DNA of 64,000 bases from Blastocladiella emersonii ATCC 22665. Lineage: Eukaryota; Fungi; Blastocladiomycota. How positions within the stretch are numbered: position 1 is the stretch's first letter; each line of letters begins with the position of its first letter. The stretch lies in NCBI GenBank assembly GCA_025594325.1, contig JANHCV010000002.1, forward strand, positions 2,777,634 to 2,841,633, read 5' to 3'. A program made the translations under genes and the position numbers. The notes beneath the pieces were generated by a model. The model searched no databases. It saw nothing but the letters and a program-made list of their open reading frames with translations, and was not told where the DNA came from. Of the stretch, positions 1-13,420 are shown piece by piece.

Positions 1-99
1 ATCGGCGGACGCCGTCGTTTCAATGAACCACTCATACCCGCATCACCGATTCCGAAACGTCGCCCTTAAGCATCGTGTCGACGGCGGCCTAGCCGCGTG

Positions 100-270
100 G
101 CCGCCTGCAGCGCGCCGATACCCTCGGACCAAGCCGAGAGACGCGTCACCTTGATCATGTCGCCATCCACAACGGAATCCTTGGAGATGAAGGCCGTGGC
201 GATCACCACGCCCGCCTTCTTGACCAGCGGGTCGAGCACGATGCACGGCCGGCTTGTATCGCCGGATAAA
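100..270 (-). pseudogene. Short unidentified coding-like relic (PCIVLDPLVKKAGVVIATAFISKDSVVDGDMIKV)
   Basis: Strong GC3-biased codon usage over about 55 codons on the minus strand, with a candidate small intron (GTAGCG..CTGAC..TAG) at 283-325. No intact frame and no family recognised. Confidence 0.25.
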
Positions 271-2847
271 GATGAAGGCGAGGCTATCGGTCAGTTTTGC
301 GACGTGAGTGCAGGACAGCGCGCTACCTTGAGGGAGTAGTCGGGAGGTGAGCACGCGGGCATGCAGAAGGAGATCCTGGAACGCTGGCGTGTAATGGGAG
401 CCCATGGAAGCTCGCGTCGCGTGGACATGGAGTTGAGAGTCGCGTACCGTCCATGATCCTGGCTCCCGTGTGCAGCATGTGCGCGCGGCAAATGAAAACC
501 GCATTCGTGAGGGAGAGACGCGGCTACATGGCTGCGAGGACGTACAAGCCCGCGCGTCGCGGCCGGCGGCGTAGAAGACGCGGTAGAGCAGGATCTGGGA
601 GGGTGTCCATGCGTCGCGGTACGGTTAGGCGATCATGGTAAACATGTAATTCGAGGGCGAGGAGGTTGGGACGGCATGGGCAGCATCGAGAACATTGCCG
701 TGGCCGTGCCGAAGGTCAAGGAAGCACAATTTTCAACGCACTCCACGGAGTGGCCGATGCCGTGGTCGCGGGCGAAAGTGCGCGAGCGCTGGCGAACCTG
801 GATAGCGTCCGGGGCCGGGCACTCGAGCAGTGCAAGCAAGGCAGGGCTGCTCGAGCGGCCCTCAGCGCAGAGCCGTGACCCGCTGCTGGTCCGTTCGTGC
901 GGTACAAGAGGCATCAGTGACCGCGAAGGAGCGAGCTGCTCGGCAAAGTGGACGTGTTCGCGTGGCTTGATGCGAAAGCGACAGCTCGTCGAGGGGAGGA
1001 GGTTTTCGGGACGATATATAAAGTAGCATGGGACGTGACGCCTGCCACCGTGGCAAGATTCCAAAGGGTTGGAGAGGGCGAAAGGGCGCAAGGACTCGGC
1101 GGCGCGGGCAAGAGTAGGGTTCGGACAGCGAGCGGGAAAGGGGCAAGATAGAAGGTCGCCGACTTGGGGGAGCGAGTTTCGCGGGGAAGCGGTTGTGAGC
1201 GAGCGACCCGCACGTAGGTAAGCCGTTGGCGAAAGCGCATGTAGCGAGATGAAGCGAGTCGACAGCGAGAGGGCCGACCCGCCGCTCGCCAAGACCGAAA
1301 AGCAGCACCGGGCTGGCCAGACTGCGTGGGGCGGTTGCCGGAGCGCGCGGATGAGATGAGAGGGGGCCCGGCGAAAACGTCGGGCGCGGTTCGAACAGCG
1401 AGAGGAGCGTGAGCAGCGCGGGTGGCCGGTCCGCGGCCGACCACGTAGCGCGCAGTCTGCGGGCCGGTCGTTGCGTGTGAGTTCCATAGCGGGTCGATAC
1501 ATCCAGATTGTCGCTGAGAGCCGTCGGCAGCGCGGGGCGACGGGGGAACAAGTCGAGCCCGGCTCGGCGAAATGAACGCACGGGCTCGGCCAGCCCACGT
1601 GAAGCAGCTGTCGCAGAACTCGGACGCGTCGGCGTGGCGCGTCGCGTAGGTCACGCACGAGGCCCGCCGCGAGAAGTGTGCCGCCGACGGGTCGACGCTC
1701 GATTGCGATCGGATTCCCATGCCGCAAACGTGAATGAAGTCGCCGCGGCGCCGCACCACGGGCAACACGACGTAAAACTGCAATGGAAAGTTCTCGCGGC
1801 ATGACGGTGAGCCGCCGCGCCGTGGCGCTCCCGGGGATGACGAAGACGTTGCCGCAAGTGTCGGTCGGCGTGCTGGAGTGCGAGGAGAGTACGTCGGCGG
1901 TCGGACGGGCGACGGTCAGCGGGTGCGGGCGGTGATCAAATGGAGCGAGCGAGCGTGAGACCCGACGGGCGCCAGGCGGGCGGCGGCGCGCGCGACGCGG
2001 TTTCACACGCCGAGACATCACGCATGCGATCACCCGGCGTTTGGAACTAAGCCCGCCCACACGACCGAGGCATCGCCGCCCGCTCGGTGCATCGCTGTCG
2101 GCGCGTCGGCGGTAGCGGCGGGCGCCGCGTCAGCCCCACGGTTGCGCCGCGCGACCACCGACCCAGCCCGGCCGCGCGCACCCGGCGTCGCCCGCGGGCG
2201 TCGTTGCATCGGGTTTCCATCCGTGTTCATCGACTCTGCCGCCCGCCGCGCGCGCATTGCAGCGTGTGTCGGGGGGAAAGCGGGCGGGAATACGAGAGCG
2301 GGGCGAGCCGTGGCGCAGCGCGCGCTGCCTGCCCGCGAGCGACCGACCAGCGCCCCCGTGACCGCCGCGCACTTCCGCCTCCACCTCCCCTTCTCACCCT
2401 CGTCTCGGAACCAGACCCGCGCGCCCGCCCCGCCCGACCTGCCACCTCTCGGCCGCGCGGGCGCTCAGCCGCCGCCGCCGTCACTCCTGTCGGCGCGTGC
2501 GTGTCTCGCGCCCGCCGTGTCTCGCACGCGCCGCGACGCGTCGACCACTGTCTCCCCCTCGGCCCCAGGCCCGGCGCTGCACATCGAATATGCGCGCCGT
2601 CTAGCACGGTGCAACCGCCGCCCGCCGCCCGCGGGCCGGCTGCCCCGCTGCCCCCGCTGCCCCCGCTGCCCCTGCTGCCCCGCTGCCCGCACCCCCTCCG
2701 CCCGAGATCGCCGCGCTGCGCTGCCCCCTCGACGCTTTCCTCAAACCAAAAACCCGTGCGATCCGTTGCATACGAACCATCGAATCATCTGAATCGCGCA
2801 CCCAATCCCCGTCCGACTGCGCACCCTCCGCGCCGTCAACCCCCACC

Positions 2848-5800
2848 ATGTGGTCCCGCAGCGACCCGATCCGCCAGATGCTGGCGATCGCGCTCGCCAT
2901 GGGCGCATTCATGGTGCTCGCCGTCGGCTCGGCCCTCGGCCTGCCCATCGCGGCCGCCATGTCCGCCGTGAGCGCTGCCGCCTCGGCCCCGACGTCCCCC
3001 GCCCGCCACTCGGCTGCCGCCCCCGTCTCGGTTTCCTTCTATTCGTCCGCGAACGCGTCGGCGCTCGTCTCGTCCAACTCGTCGTCCACGCTCGGCATGT
3101 GCCGCATCGCGGACAGGCCCTCGCTCGGCTCGTACACGTCCCACCCGCTCGGCTCGTACACGCCGCACGCCTCGGCGTGGCCGTGGACGTGGATCTCGGA
3201 CCTCGCCGTCGTCATGCCCGAGACCCGGAACGAGAACACGCTCTGGCTCGTCGTCAAGGCGCGCGCGCTCTACCACGAGTACGCGCCGTCGGCGGCCGTC
3301 GCCCTCAACGCGACCGCTCCCGGCGAGGTCGACGACGCCAAGTCGACCGGCCCCGTCGACCACCTGCCCGAGGTCGCCGCCGACGTCACCGAGCTGGCCG
3401 AGCAGACCAAGTCCGAGACCGAGATTGAGATCCCCGTCATCGACCAGGCCGTGACCAACGACACGACCGACGTGGTCGTCGCCACCGCAGCCGCCGCCGA
3501 GGCGTCCTCGCCCGCGGCCGTGCAGCCGCACGAGCAGCTCGACCAGCAGCAGCCCGACCAGCAGCAGCCCGACCAGCAGCTGAAACCGGCGGTCCTGACC
3601 ACCTCGGACCTGCCCCGCAAACTCGACTCCGTGTCCACGCTCGACGCGGCGCGCGTCGCGCAGTTCATGGACATGGTCGCCGCCATTCCGCACGGCGCGT
3701 GCGTCGGCCGCGAGTTCTCGCTCACGGGCATGGCCATCGCGGCCGTCATCAACCCGGTCCAGACCGAGCCCGAGCCTGAGCCCGTCATTGTCATCCAGCG
3801 CGTCCCGTCGCGCGCGTACATCGGCGGCCAATCGACCGTCAACGGTAACGCCGACGACATCTCGTTCCTCACGGTGCCGCCCCCGCCGCCCATGGGAGCC
3901 GCGCGCGACCTCGCCAAGCTGGCCATGATGCGGGCCCCCGAGGCCACCTCGGCACCCGGCTCGCCGTACGAGGACGGCGACCGTCCCGTCGACATTGCCA
4001 CCTCCAGCAACAGCGACGACTCGATGGCCGCGCCGCCGACGGCGCAGAAAAAGGAGCAGGAGCAGGAGCACCAGCAGCCGCCCGTCCTGTCGCTCGCCGC
4101 CGACCTCGTTGACTTCGTCGACCTCACCCAGATCGGCCACCTCCTCGAGCCCATCCACTCGGTCTTGTGCGCCCTGATCGCCCACGTCGCTCCGGCACGG
4201 CTTTCGGTCCCGCCCACCTTCCTCGGGATCGTTGGGATCATGGCGCTCGCCGTCGGATCCGTCGCCAAGCGCGCCGGCTGCAGCCTGCTGCCGCCCGTCA
4301 TGCGCTCCGCCGCCGCCGCCCGCCTCGTCGCCGCCGGCCGTACGATCGCCGAGACGCGTTTCTGCAAGCGGTACGCTTTCTGGTCTCCCGGATTCGGGGG
4401 AACCCGTTGCTGACTCTTGGATCTCTATAGCATTCTGGCCGCGCTGTTTATCATCCCCGGCTCGGTCATCACGATCCTCGCCGCCATGGTCGTTTGCCCT
4501 GCTCAGCTCGCGTACCTCGCGGGCAAGCGCGTCGTCGCCTCCATGTTCTCGCGCCTGATCGCCGGCAAGTACGCCGCGACCTCGCTGATGCACTTGGTTT
4601 GCTCATCGGCGCGCGAGACGCGCGCCCGCGTGGCCCTCACGGTCGTGTCCGCGAGCCCCCGCATCCACATGGCCGTCGACATCATTGCCCCGCTCGTCTA
4701 CCTCGGGTGCGGCACGCTCGCCGCCGAGCACCTGTCGCCCGTCGACCAGCTGTCCGTTTACGTGGCCATCCTCGAGCTGATCTCCGTTTACCACGTCGCG
4801 ACCGAGGACCGCGTCCAGCCCGCCGTGTCGGTGCCGGAGCTGGAGCTGGTGCCCGAGATGGAGGAGGCCAAGATGCAGGCGTCGGAGATGCAGGCGTCCA
4901 TGAAGAAGAAGAAGGCGTACGAGAAGAAGAAGGCGCGCAAGGCGCGCAACGCGCTCAAGGCCCGCGAGGCCCGCGAGGCGCTCAAGGCGTCCGCCGAGAC
5001 CAAGTCGTCGTCCATCCTCGCCGATGCCATCCAGGAGCAGCAGCCCGAGGCCACCCCCGACGCCGTCGACATCCAGCAGCAGCAGCAGCAGCAGCAGCCC
5101 GAGGCCACGCCCGACGCCGTCAACATCCAGCAGCAGCAGCAGCAGCAGCAGCCCGAGGCCACGCCCGACGCCGTCAACATCCAGCAGCAGCAGCAGCAGC
5201 AGCCCGAGGCCACGCCCGCCGCCGTCAAGATCCAGCAGCAAGTCGAGCAGCCCGAGGCCGACGTGACCGACGCCGCCGACTCGCAGTCCGAGACCCAGGT
5301 CCAGGCCGTGCTCTCCAAGGAGAAGCTGCAGGTGGCGGACGCTGCCGTGCCCGGCAAGCACCGCGTGCCGTACACCAAGTGCGAAATGCGCGAGTACACT
5401 CGCACGATCCGCCAGGCGTACCAGCTGCCCAAGTTCCCCTTCGCCGGCCGCAATGCCAGCGCGCTGGTAGGCGCGTACAAAGTGGTCCAAAAGGCCGGGA
5501 CCCACCACCTGTATCCTTTGGTCCCGCCGCCGCCCGCCGTTGTGCCGCCGCCCGACACGCGCCTGCGCATGGACCACGCGTCCAAGGATCTCGAGTTCGT
5601 CGCGCGGCTCATGTCCGAGGAGCTCACGCTGTTCCGCGACAGCATCCCGAACTGCGATGAGCGCGCCATCTACGTGCCTGTACCCAAGCCGCAGCAGCAG
5701 CAGCAGCAGCAGCCCACGACGGTCGGCGCGTCGAGCAACCCGGTGGCCGCCTCCAAGACCCCGGACTGGACCACGATGATGGACGACGACGACGACGACG

Positions 5801-6309
5801 CCGAGTCCTCGGAGCTGGTGCAAGACGCGGCGCCCTATGCGGCCGCGCCCGAGTCGACGCCCGAGTCGACGCTCGACTGCGAGCCCGTCACGCTGAACGA
5901 GTACCCGACGCTCATGACGCTCGACACGGGCAACCCCGAGCCCCTCATCATCGCGTCGCGCCGCTTCTTGCCGTGGATGACCATGTCCGCGTTCGGCATG
6001 GTCAACATCTCGCGACGCAACACGGACGTGGCCAACTCGATCTTCGCGCGCAAGGCCAACGCGTACGGCGACAAGATTCCCACGCCATGGAAGTCGTTCG
6101 ATGAGTTCGGGGTGCGCAAGTTCCCGAGCTCCACCCTGTGGGACGACGCGCTGCCCGAGGACCGCGACGACCGCGAGGACGAGGAGGAGGAGATCACGAT
6201 TCCCGAGGAGGACCTCGAGGGGCCGTTCTGCTTCAAGACGAGCAAGCGCGACCGGCGCAACATGCGCAAGTTCCGCGAGTCCAACCCGGAATACGTGTAC
6301 CAGTGGTAG
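2848..6309 (+). CDS. Large low-complexity orphan protein (~1133 aa) with hydrophobic segments and polyQ modules; one 60-nt intron at 4371-4430
   Basis: ORFs 2848-4413 and 4417-6309 are in the same frame. They are joined by an intron GTACGC(4371)...GCTGAC...TATAG(4430) that removes the TGA. Codon usage is strongly GC3-biased. There is an N-terminal hydrophobic segment and no recognised domain. Confidence 0.75.
5035..5250 (+). repeat. Coding tandem repeat: QPEATP(D/A)AVxI(Q)n, about 4 copies of ~57-60 bp
   Basis: Repeated cagcccgaggccac(c/g)cccgacgccgtc(g/a)acatc(cag)n visible in the sequence. Confidence 0.9.
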
Positions 6310-7003
6310 TCGGTCCTTGGTCCTCGGACCATCCTCATCATCTTCACCTCTTCATCCTCGTCTTTGCCTCCCTCCTCTCGTCTGTTTGGACTTTTTGCGT
6401 GTGTGTCGTCGTCGCGTACTCGACTCTCTTTGATCGTGTGCTCGACTCGCCATCGCGACCCTTTCCTGTTCTCGTACGTTGCCCGCTCTTGACTGCCGCG
6501 TCCCGAGGCCCCCAAGGCTCACTCACTTTTGCTCGCCGGCCGTGTAGTAAAACGACAAAATCCTCCCGATATCCTCTCTGGTGTCGGCCAAAAAACACGC
6601 ACCCGTAAACCCCGAAAGTACAAAAAAAAAAGGAGACGTTCAACTAGGCGCTCGAGCGCGCCTCATCTACGGCCCGTGGATACGCGTGTACACGCGCATC
6701 CGCCGCCGTCACGGCCCCCTCGCGCTGTGTGGCCTCGCTCTCGCGGCCGCGCTGTTCGCGGTCTAGGCCGAAGGTCAAGGTCCCACAGACGGCGGGCGGC
6801 TCCGGCCAGCTCCGCACGGCTCGACCTCCCCGGCGGCAGCGGCCATGACCACGCGCAAGCTCGTCGTCGTTTCGGCGGCTCGACGTCCGGTTCCGGTTCC
6901 GGCACCGCGCGCGCGTGGTCCTGCGCGATCGCGCGCACTCGTCGCCCATCGCACGCCACCAGCGCTGGCGCAGATCGGCCCGCTCACCCGCTCATCATCG
7001 ACG

Positions 7004-7097
7004 GCGCCGCTGCTACGGCCATGGCGCCCAGCGCCGCTGCTACGGCCATGGCGCCCAGCGCCGCTGCTACGGCCATGGCGCCCAGCGCCGCTACGGC
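7004..7097. repeat. 27-bp minisatellite, ~3.4 copies (gcgccgctgctacggccatggcgccca)
   Basis: Direct inspection. Confidence 0.9.
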
Positions 7098-8638
7098 GCC
7101 GACCACGACGGCGGCGGCCTACGACGATTACCACCTGCTCGCTGCCTCGGCAGCGTCGGCCCTTACCCGCTACACGAACGACTCGCGCGTCATCACCGCC
7201 ATCATCGGACGCACGCCAAGATTGCCTCGTCCTGATCGAGTCGTCGTCGCAGCACCCTGCACCGAGCGCATCTCGCGCACACACACGCGCGCGCTCGCCG
7301 TCCTGCCCGCTCGTACGGCGACGCGCCGGCCGACCAGCCGGCCAACCTCACGTCCACGACCCACTGGTACGGACGGCATCGGTGCATTGCCCCACTCGCT
7401 CCCGCGGCCTCGACCCCCGTACATCCGTACTTTTGTGGGGTCGGGCGAGAGCGGCGGACCCGTGGACGCCGCCAAAGCTCTCGGAGTGGCCCCGAACGTC
7501 ATACGTTCATCTGCACCAATGCCGATCCAGTGGGAAGGTTGTCGTCGATCTCGCGCGCGTCATTCAGCCCCGAGCATGCCGTCGACTTTGTCGATCCTCG
7601 CCGCCACGCCCAACTACGGCGGCACGCTCGCGCTCGCGCTCTCGGCCAGGTCAACTGACAGCCGCGACCACGAGGGATCGTCTCGCAGCTCATGTGCCGC
7701 ATCGACGGCCCCCGCGCCACGCGTACGCCGGGTTCGCGCACCGCCGGTACTACCAGTACCAGCCCCTCGAGTCGCGACCCGCGCCACACCACACCAAGAT
7801 CCAGCACGCGCCCGGCGCCCGTCCATCGAGCTCCATGGTCCCGCGCGCTGGCGTCTTCATCACCACCACTGTCGTACCTTTGACCGACATTCCCGTCGTT
7901 GTCATCTGCCGGTTGCGCCCCTTTGTGCGTTCCCGATCTCGTTCAGTTCTTTGATTTTGCTCGTTCACGGTCTCGGTACGGATCTCGGGCTGCTGCTCAC
8001 CTTGATGGACACGACCACGACCACGGCCAACTGACTCGGTTCGTCGTCTTGCCCGTGTAGAGTGCATTCCGTGCCTCGAATGCCCATGTGTTCTTCTTTG
8101 GAATTTTGGCTCGACTGCGGCCGCACCCAGCTCCTGTACGTCGTCGTACTACGGCAGCCGGGCTGATCCGCCAGCGTCGCGGCGCGCTTTCGCGTCGTCT
8201 CATGCACTTCGGGACCACGCGCTTGCGCCACGACCAACCATTGCTTTCGGTCAACCTCCTGCTCAGCCTGACCCGGGCGAGCCCCCGCGCCGACTCGCAG
8301 CCCAGTACCGCCGCGAGTCCGGCGCTTCTCGCCAACACGACCCAAGGCCGGGATCACTCTCGTCCACGCTTCATTGACAAGGACGGCATCGGCCCACAGC
8401 GCTCGCACCGCTCTACTACTTACTACTTCTCGATCGCCCCGCATGCTCACTTCCGCGGGACCTGATGACGATCGCGAGGCGCAGCAGCCGTGGACGCTGA
8501 CTGCCCCTCGGAGCGCGAGCACCGCCCAGATCCAGCACCTGTGCCCGATGCCAAGCCAATGGGGAGTACTTCTTCCTGCTTTGTCGTGTATCCGCGCGCT
8601 TTTCTCAAGGCGCCGGCATCTGCTTCTTCACGTTTTCG

Positions 8639-8676
8639 TTCACGTACACGTACACGTACACGTACACGTACACGTT
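8639..8676. repeat. (CACGTA)n hexamer microsatellite
   Basis: Five to six perfect copies. Confidence 0.9.
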
Positions 8677-11600
8677 CATGTCGATTGCGACCGCGGGTGT
8701 CTCGCGACTCGTAGACCCGCCCATTGGTACGGCTCGCTGACTTGATGCGTCGATGGCCGCAGCTGACCAACCGACCTCGCTTCCATGACTGTAGTTCTTT
8801 CTTTGCTGAGTGCGTCATTGACGTACTCCAGTTCTCGCTCGCTCGCTCGGCGAGACCCGCGCCCAGTATATGCGCGCACACTACGACGACGGCCATGGCC
8901 ACGGTCGCGTCTTTCTCAAGACCCGTCGTCCTGCAGCCACGACGACGACGACGACGACGACCTGTCGCCTCGCGGCCATGACCATCCACAACCTCGCCAC
9001 CGCCACCGCGACCTTGCTCGCGACCTCGTCACCTGGTCCCTCGGCCAGTCGCAGTACCAGGAGCAGCTCGCGCGGCTCTCGTCCATCAAGATTCTCGCGT
9101 CGACGTCACACAGCATTACGTCACGCTCGAGATAGATCACTTCCTTCCCGCCCGCTGCAGCTGTACTCGTGCACTTCTTCTCGAGTCAGCCGGCCCACGC
9201 GGTGCGCTACCGTCGGCCTGCGAGCACGGCCTTCCTGCTCGCCGCTCCGACCGTCAAGTCAAGTCCAGTCAAGTCAAGCTGGACTCGATTGCGATTTCCA
9301 GCACCTCGAGCGCGCGCGTACACGCACGCACACACACACGTCCGGGTCCGACGGTTTCCGAGCGAGGCCACGCCCATGTCAATGGATGGCGAGAGGTGGG
9401 AAACGGCGTCGTCGGCCATGCTTGTGCTCCCAAGCCAGCACGCGACACCTGTTTCCTTCCCGCACCTCTCCGCCGTCCTGGCCTCGCACGGCTTCTCGTC
9501 TCTGCTCCTCATGACCCGCCTGTCCGCCCGCGCGCGCGCGCTGGCGTGCCCGACCAGCAGATCCGCGTGGACTGAGCGAGCCGTGCGCGCGACGCACTCG
9601 ATCACTCGCGTCGCCGCCCTCGACCGCTCGCTCGGCCCCGATCCTCACGCAGCAGCTCGACCGACAACTCGCTCCAGTTATCGAGCTCGAGTTCGTCCAG
9701 CAGCTGTACGCGGTTCAGCTCGTCACGATTAGCTACGACGCCTCCGAGATCCGCGCCCGTCGTGCCCCCGCCTCGAGCCCGCCGCGCCGCGCAACCCAAG
9801 CTCCTACCGCGCGGCGCCTGCGGGTTCCATCGCCACCACCACCGCGGCGACTACGGCGACGACGACGACGATGATGACAGGCAATCCCCGACGAGCACGA
9901 CCCCAACATGCTCGTTCGCGCGTGTTCGCCTGCTCGCTCTCGTCGCCCGGCACGACACCGGTATCCTCGGCCGTCTTTTGATTCCCGAGCAGCAGCACCC
10001 CCGCGTCCACTCAGGACCCCCCGCGCGTCCGCCGCCACCGCGGCTGCCAGACTGCAGCCGCGGGTCCATCGGCCGCCGGCGCGCCCGCGGGTACTGCTCC
10101 TCGCTGGCTTCCACCGACCATCCCGACCCTTTCAGCCCGCCATCTGCGCGCGCGCGACCCTGCAGTCGACTGACGCCGCCGCCGCCGCCCTCGTGCTCCG
10201 ACCGCGGCAGCGCGCTGCTCGGCTCGGTCCGCGCCCAAGGTAGGCGTGGCTGATAAACCTACTACGACTACTCGATTTCTTCCGGCCTCGACCGCTGAGT
10301 CGTGTGCCGAGGACGAAGACGGAGGTGCCCTGCACGCCCATAAGGTCCGTCACGCTGTGTCTCGCTTCGCCACCCGCGGAACGAGTCGTGCACCGCTGCG
10401 TTTCGCTTCGCCATGTCTCTGCGTAGCGATTCGTCGGCCTCCCCGCGGCACATCCTGGTCGGCGCGCGCACCGGGTCGGGTCGCGCGCTGTGTACCGCCA
10501 TTGTGCTGCGGGCTCTGCGGCCCCCCTTTGCAGGCGGGGGCCCAACCCAGCTGCCGCGCATCACGTACGTTTCTCGCATCGCTTGACGGTCTCAGTCTCT
10601 CTCTCGCGTGTGTGTACTGATACTGACAGACCTCGTTCGCGTACTCTCCATCGTGTAGTCAGTGCGCGGCTCCTGGCCCGTACGGCTCGTTTTCGCGGCT
10701 CCGAGAGCCTCGAGCCGGGCGGATGCCTCGCGTCCACCACTTCAAGTCAGTTTGCGGGCGGTCTGCGCGCATCGCCACCGGTCGGGATGCGCGCTGCGAT
10801 CGCCGCTGACAGGCGGGATGATGATGATGATCAACACATTGTAGTAGCCGTTCGGTATCGTTCACTTCGGCGCACGCATGCGACCCCGTTCCACGTTCCA
10901 CCGTGCTGGGGGTACGCCGTCGCCGTCGACAGGTCCTCTGCGCAGAATCCGGCCACTCAGCTGAGTGTGCCAGGGCCGGCGTAGAGCCGCCTTTCACCCT
11001 GCGTGATTGGCCGCCTACGAACCGAGACCCGCGGAGAACCGGTTCGACCGGCTGGGGAGTCGGGCAGACGCAGTCCGCGGATCGCACTGTCCCGATCGTC
11101 ACCAGGAGACACCGTTTCTGCTGCAGCTGCGCAGCCGGTGTCTCGCGGCCTCGGCCCGCGTCCCCGTGAGCCCGTCGGCCGTGATCGGGTTGATGCCGCC
11201 CGAGTACTTCAGGCGCAGCGACCAAGCTCTCGACATGTACGTCTCTTTCTCGCCTCGTCGTCGCGCGACGAATCCATGGGCTGACTTGCTCGTTTTCCGA
11301 CGTGCGTGTAGGCTCGGTCGGGGTCGCCAGCAGCAGCAGCAGCAGCAGCAGCAACCAGCATCCGGTTTCGACCTCAGCTACTCGCGCGCGGTTCGTCAGC
11401 CTGGTCCCGATCCCGCGCCTCGATTCCGGTACAGCCCACCAGGTCCTTTGGCGCAACGTACGCTCCTCTTCGTTCCTCGTCGCCTCGACCATTGTACTGA
11501 CTGATCGGCTCGCTCCGACGTGTAGATGTGCGCCATCATCACGATCAACTTACCGCCGTCCAGCTCCGCGTCGCCAAAGTCGCGCATCACGCTGTTCGGC

Positions 11601-12398
11601 ATCATCGGCTCGACTCGATTCGTCAAGACGTTCCAGGAGACCTAGAGCACCTCCCGGAACCGGCCGGCCGACCGTCCGCTCGGCGTCCTTCAACCAAGGC
11701 CGATTCACCGACACCTCGACTCGCTGCCGCCCTTCGATCCAGCCGTCCGTCCCTCCACGACGCCGAGTCGAGTCAAGTCAAGCAGGGCATGCCGCAACTA
11801 CTCCTACGCCCGGTCGCAACTTCACCGCCGAGTTCACGGCAGGAAGCGCGCGTACCGGCGGCCCAGCTCATTCCCGCGCGGGAGCACGCGCGGAGTGGTC
11901 GTTGCTCATGTCGGTCGAGCCTGTGTCAGTAGTCATTTGTATTTGTATATATTCAGTTTCGATTATCACCAAAGTATTGTCGATGAGCGAGTTTGTGGTC
12001 GCGGTGTCTCCAACACGTGTCGAGGTCGCGTCGCGCCACTCACGTTCACCTGAAACGATACCGTCGTGACGACCGTTCTGAGTCCCGCTGCTCTGTATCA
12101 CCGCCGGGCCACATCGTACGAGCTCTTTGAAGAAGGGAAGCGAGAGTGGACTAAAACGCATGTGCCATGACACAGCGATTACTCCTACTCTCTTTAACCC
12201 GTACGCCGTCGCATCAAGGGCTTCAACGTCGCACGTGCCGGCTCGCTACCCAACGTTCCGCTGGCTTCGTCTTTAAACTTCACTAAGTCGTTCATGTGCG
12301 CCTCTACTCATCAAATAGCTGAGAGTCAACGTCATGCCATTAAAGAATTGGCGACCGGTAGCGTTAGGAACTGCTCCCCTCCGTGCTGGGCTTTCAAC

Positions 12399-12500
12399 CC
12401 CGCCCATCCCCCACCCCTCCCCCACCCCCACCCCACCCACCCCTCCCCAACTCAACCTCAACTTCCCCAACTCAACCTCAACTCAACCTCAACTCAACTG
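12399..12500. repeat. C-rich tract (G-run rich on the minus strand) followed by (CAACT/CAACCT)n
   Basis: Multiple C4-C6 runs followed by imperfect pentamer/hexamer repeats. Confidence 0.8.
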
Positions 12501-13179
12501 GCACCTCGATGATATTTTCCGCTTCCGCGTGTTGAACCTCTGCGATGTGATCAGAGGAGCGAGGAGCGTCACCATGGCCATGGTCATGACCATGGTCATG
12601 AGTGATTTGACCCGTCAGCGACTATGGATCTCGCCGATCTCTATTGCAGCCCACGCGCGCGTGCACGCTGATCCATAGGACCACGAAGCTGGACGCGTTT
12701 GGCTGCTCGCCGCGACCGACGCGGCCGCCGCTCCGCGGCGACTTTTCTTCCGTTGACCGCCGCCTTCACTGCATGAGTGAGCTACGTCGAGGCGCGCGCG
12801 ACATCGAACCTGACACGAAGATCATCCCGCCGAGGGCCCAGATTACATCTCGGCGCGTCTCGAGCTGAGTCGCCAGCGCATGCGTCTCAAGCTCAGCCTG
12901 CGCCTCGTGCGGCCGCTGACCCATCAAGTTCCGAGCTGAGCAACATGTTGAAGCTATTCATTCAACCCGCTATGAGATCGCCGTCCGACTTTGAGCACCG
13001 CCGCCGTTTCTTCCGCGCCCCGCATAAACGTGAAGAGCGACGCGAGTTCGACCTGTGTGCGGTGTTCACGGAAAAGTAAGCGTTGAGGGATCGCCATGTA
13101 GAATGCGTGGAACTCGTGTGCGTGAGAAGCACGATGATCTACCTTGGCCGTGGTCGCCGCCGCCTTGCCAGCGTTGAGC

Positions 13180-13420
13180 GGGTGCATGTAGTAGGCAACT
13201 TTCCTCACCAAGAGCATGACGTTGAGCAAATACACGTTGTTGGTCGCGTCGCCGCTCCCCGCGCCATCGGTCGCACCGACATGCGTACAAACTGGCGCGC
13301 GTCGAGACCAAGGCAGTGCGCGAGCTGGTTGGTGCCCTTGATCATGGTACACAGGCGGGTCACGGGAGGGAGAACCACTGGCTGTAGTACCGCTCGACGT
13401 CAAAGGTGAGCGACGGGTTG
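13180..13420 (-). pseudogene. POL1: Relic of the DNA polymerase alpha catalytic subunit C-terminal region
   Basis: Minus-strand pieces LTFDVERYYSQWFSLP / VTRLCTMIKGTNQLAHCLGLDARQF / YLLNVMLLVRKVAYY resemble Pol alpha motifs IDxxYYLxQQIxPxVxRxxxPIxGTxxxRLAxCLGLD and the zinc-finger-region LxxRKxIxxYY. Frameshifts and internal deletions are present. Confidence 0.65.

Noticed and set aside
4411-4416. Stop-codon readthrough or selenocysteine between two in-frame ORFs
   Set aside because: The TGA is part of the branch-point region (GCTGAC) of a canonical 60-nt intron at 4371-4430.
2836-5823. Long antisense or alternative-frame ORFs (2836-4593, 4494-5660, 4603-5823; also 633-2060)
   Set aside because: These are shadows of GC-rich coding sequence or of high GC content, with Arg/Gly-rich nonsense composition.
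9660-9760. FBXL4-like motif (IELEFVQQLYAVQL)
   Set aside because: Too short and weak to support a call.
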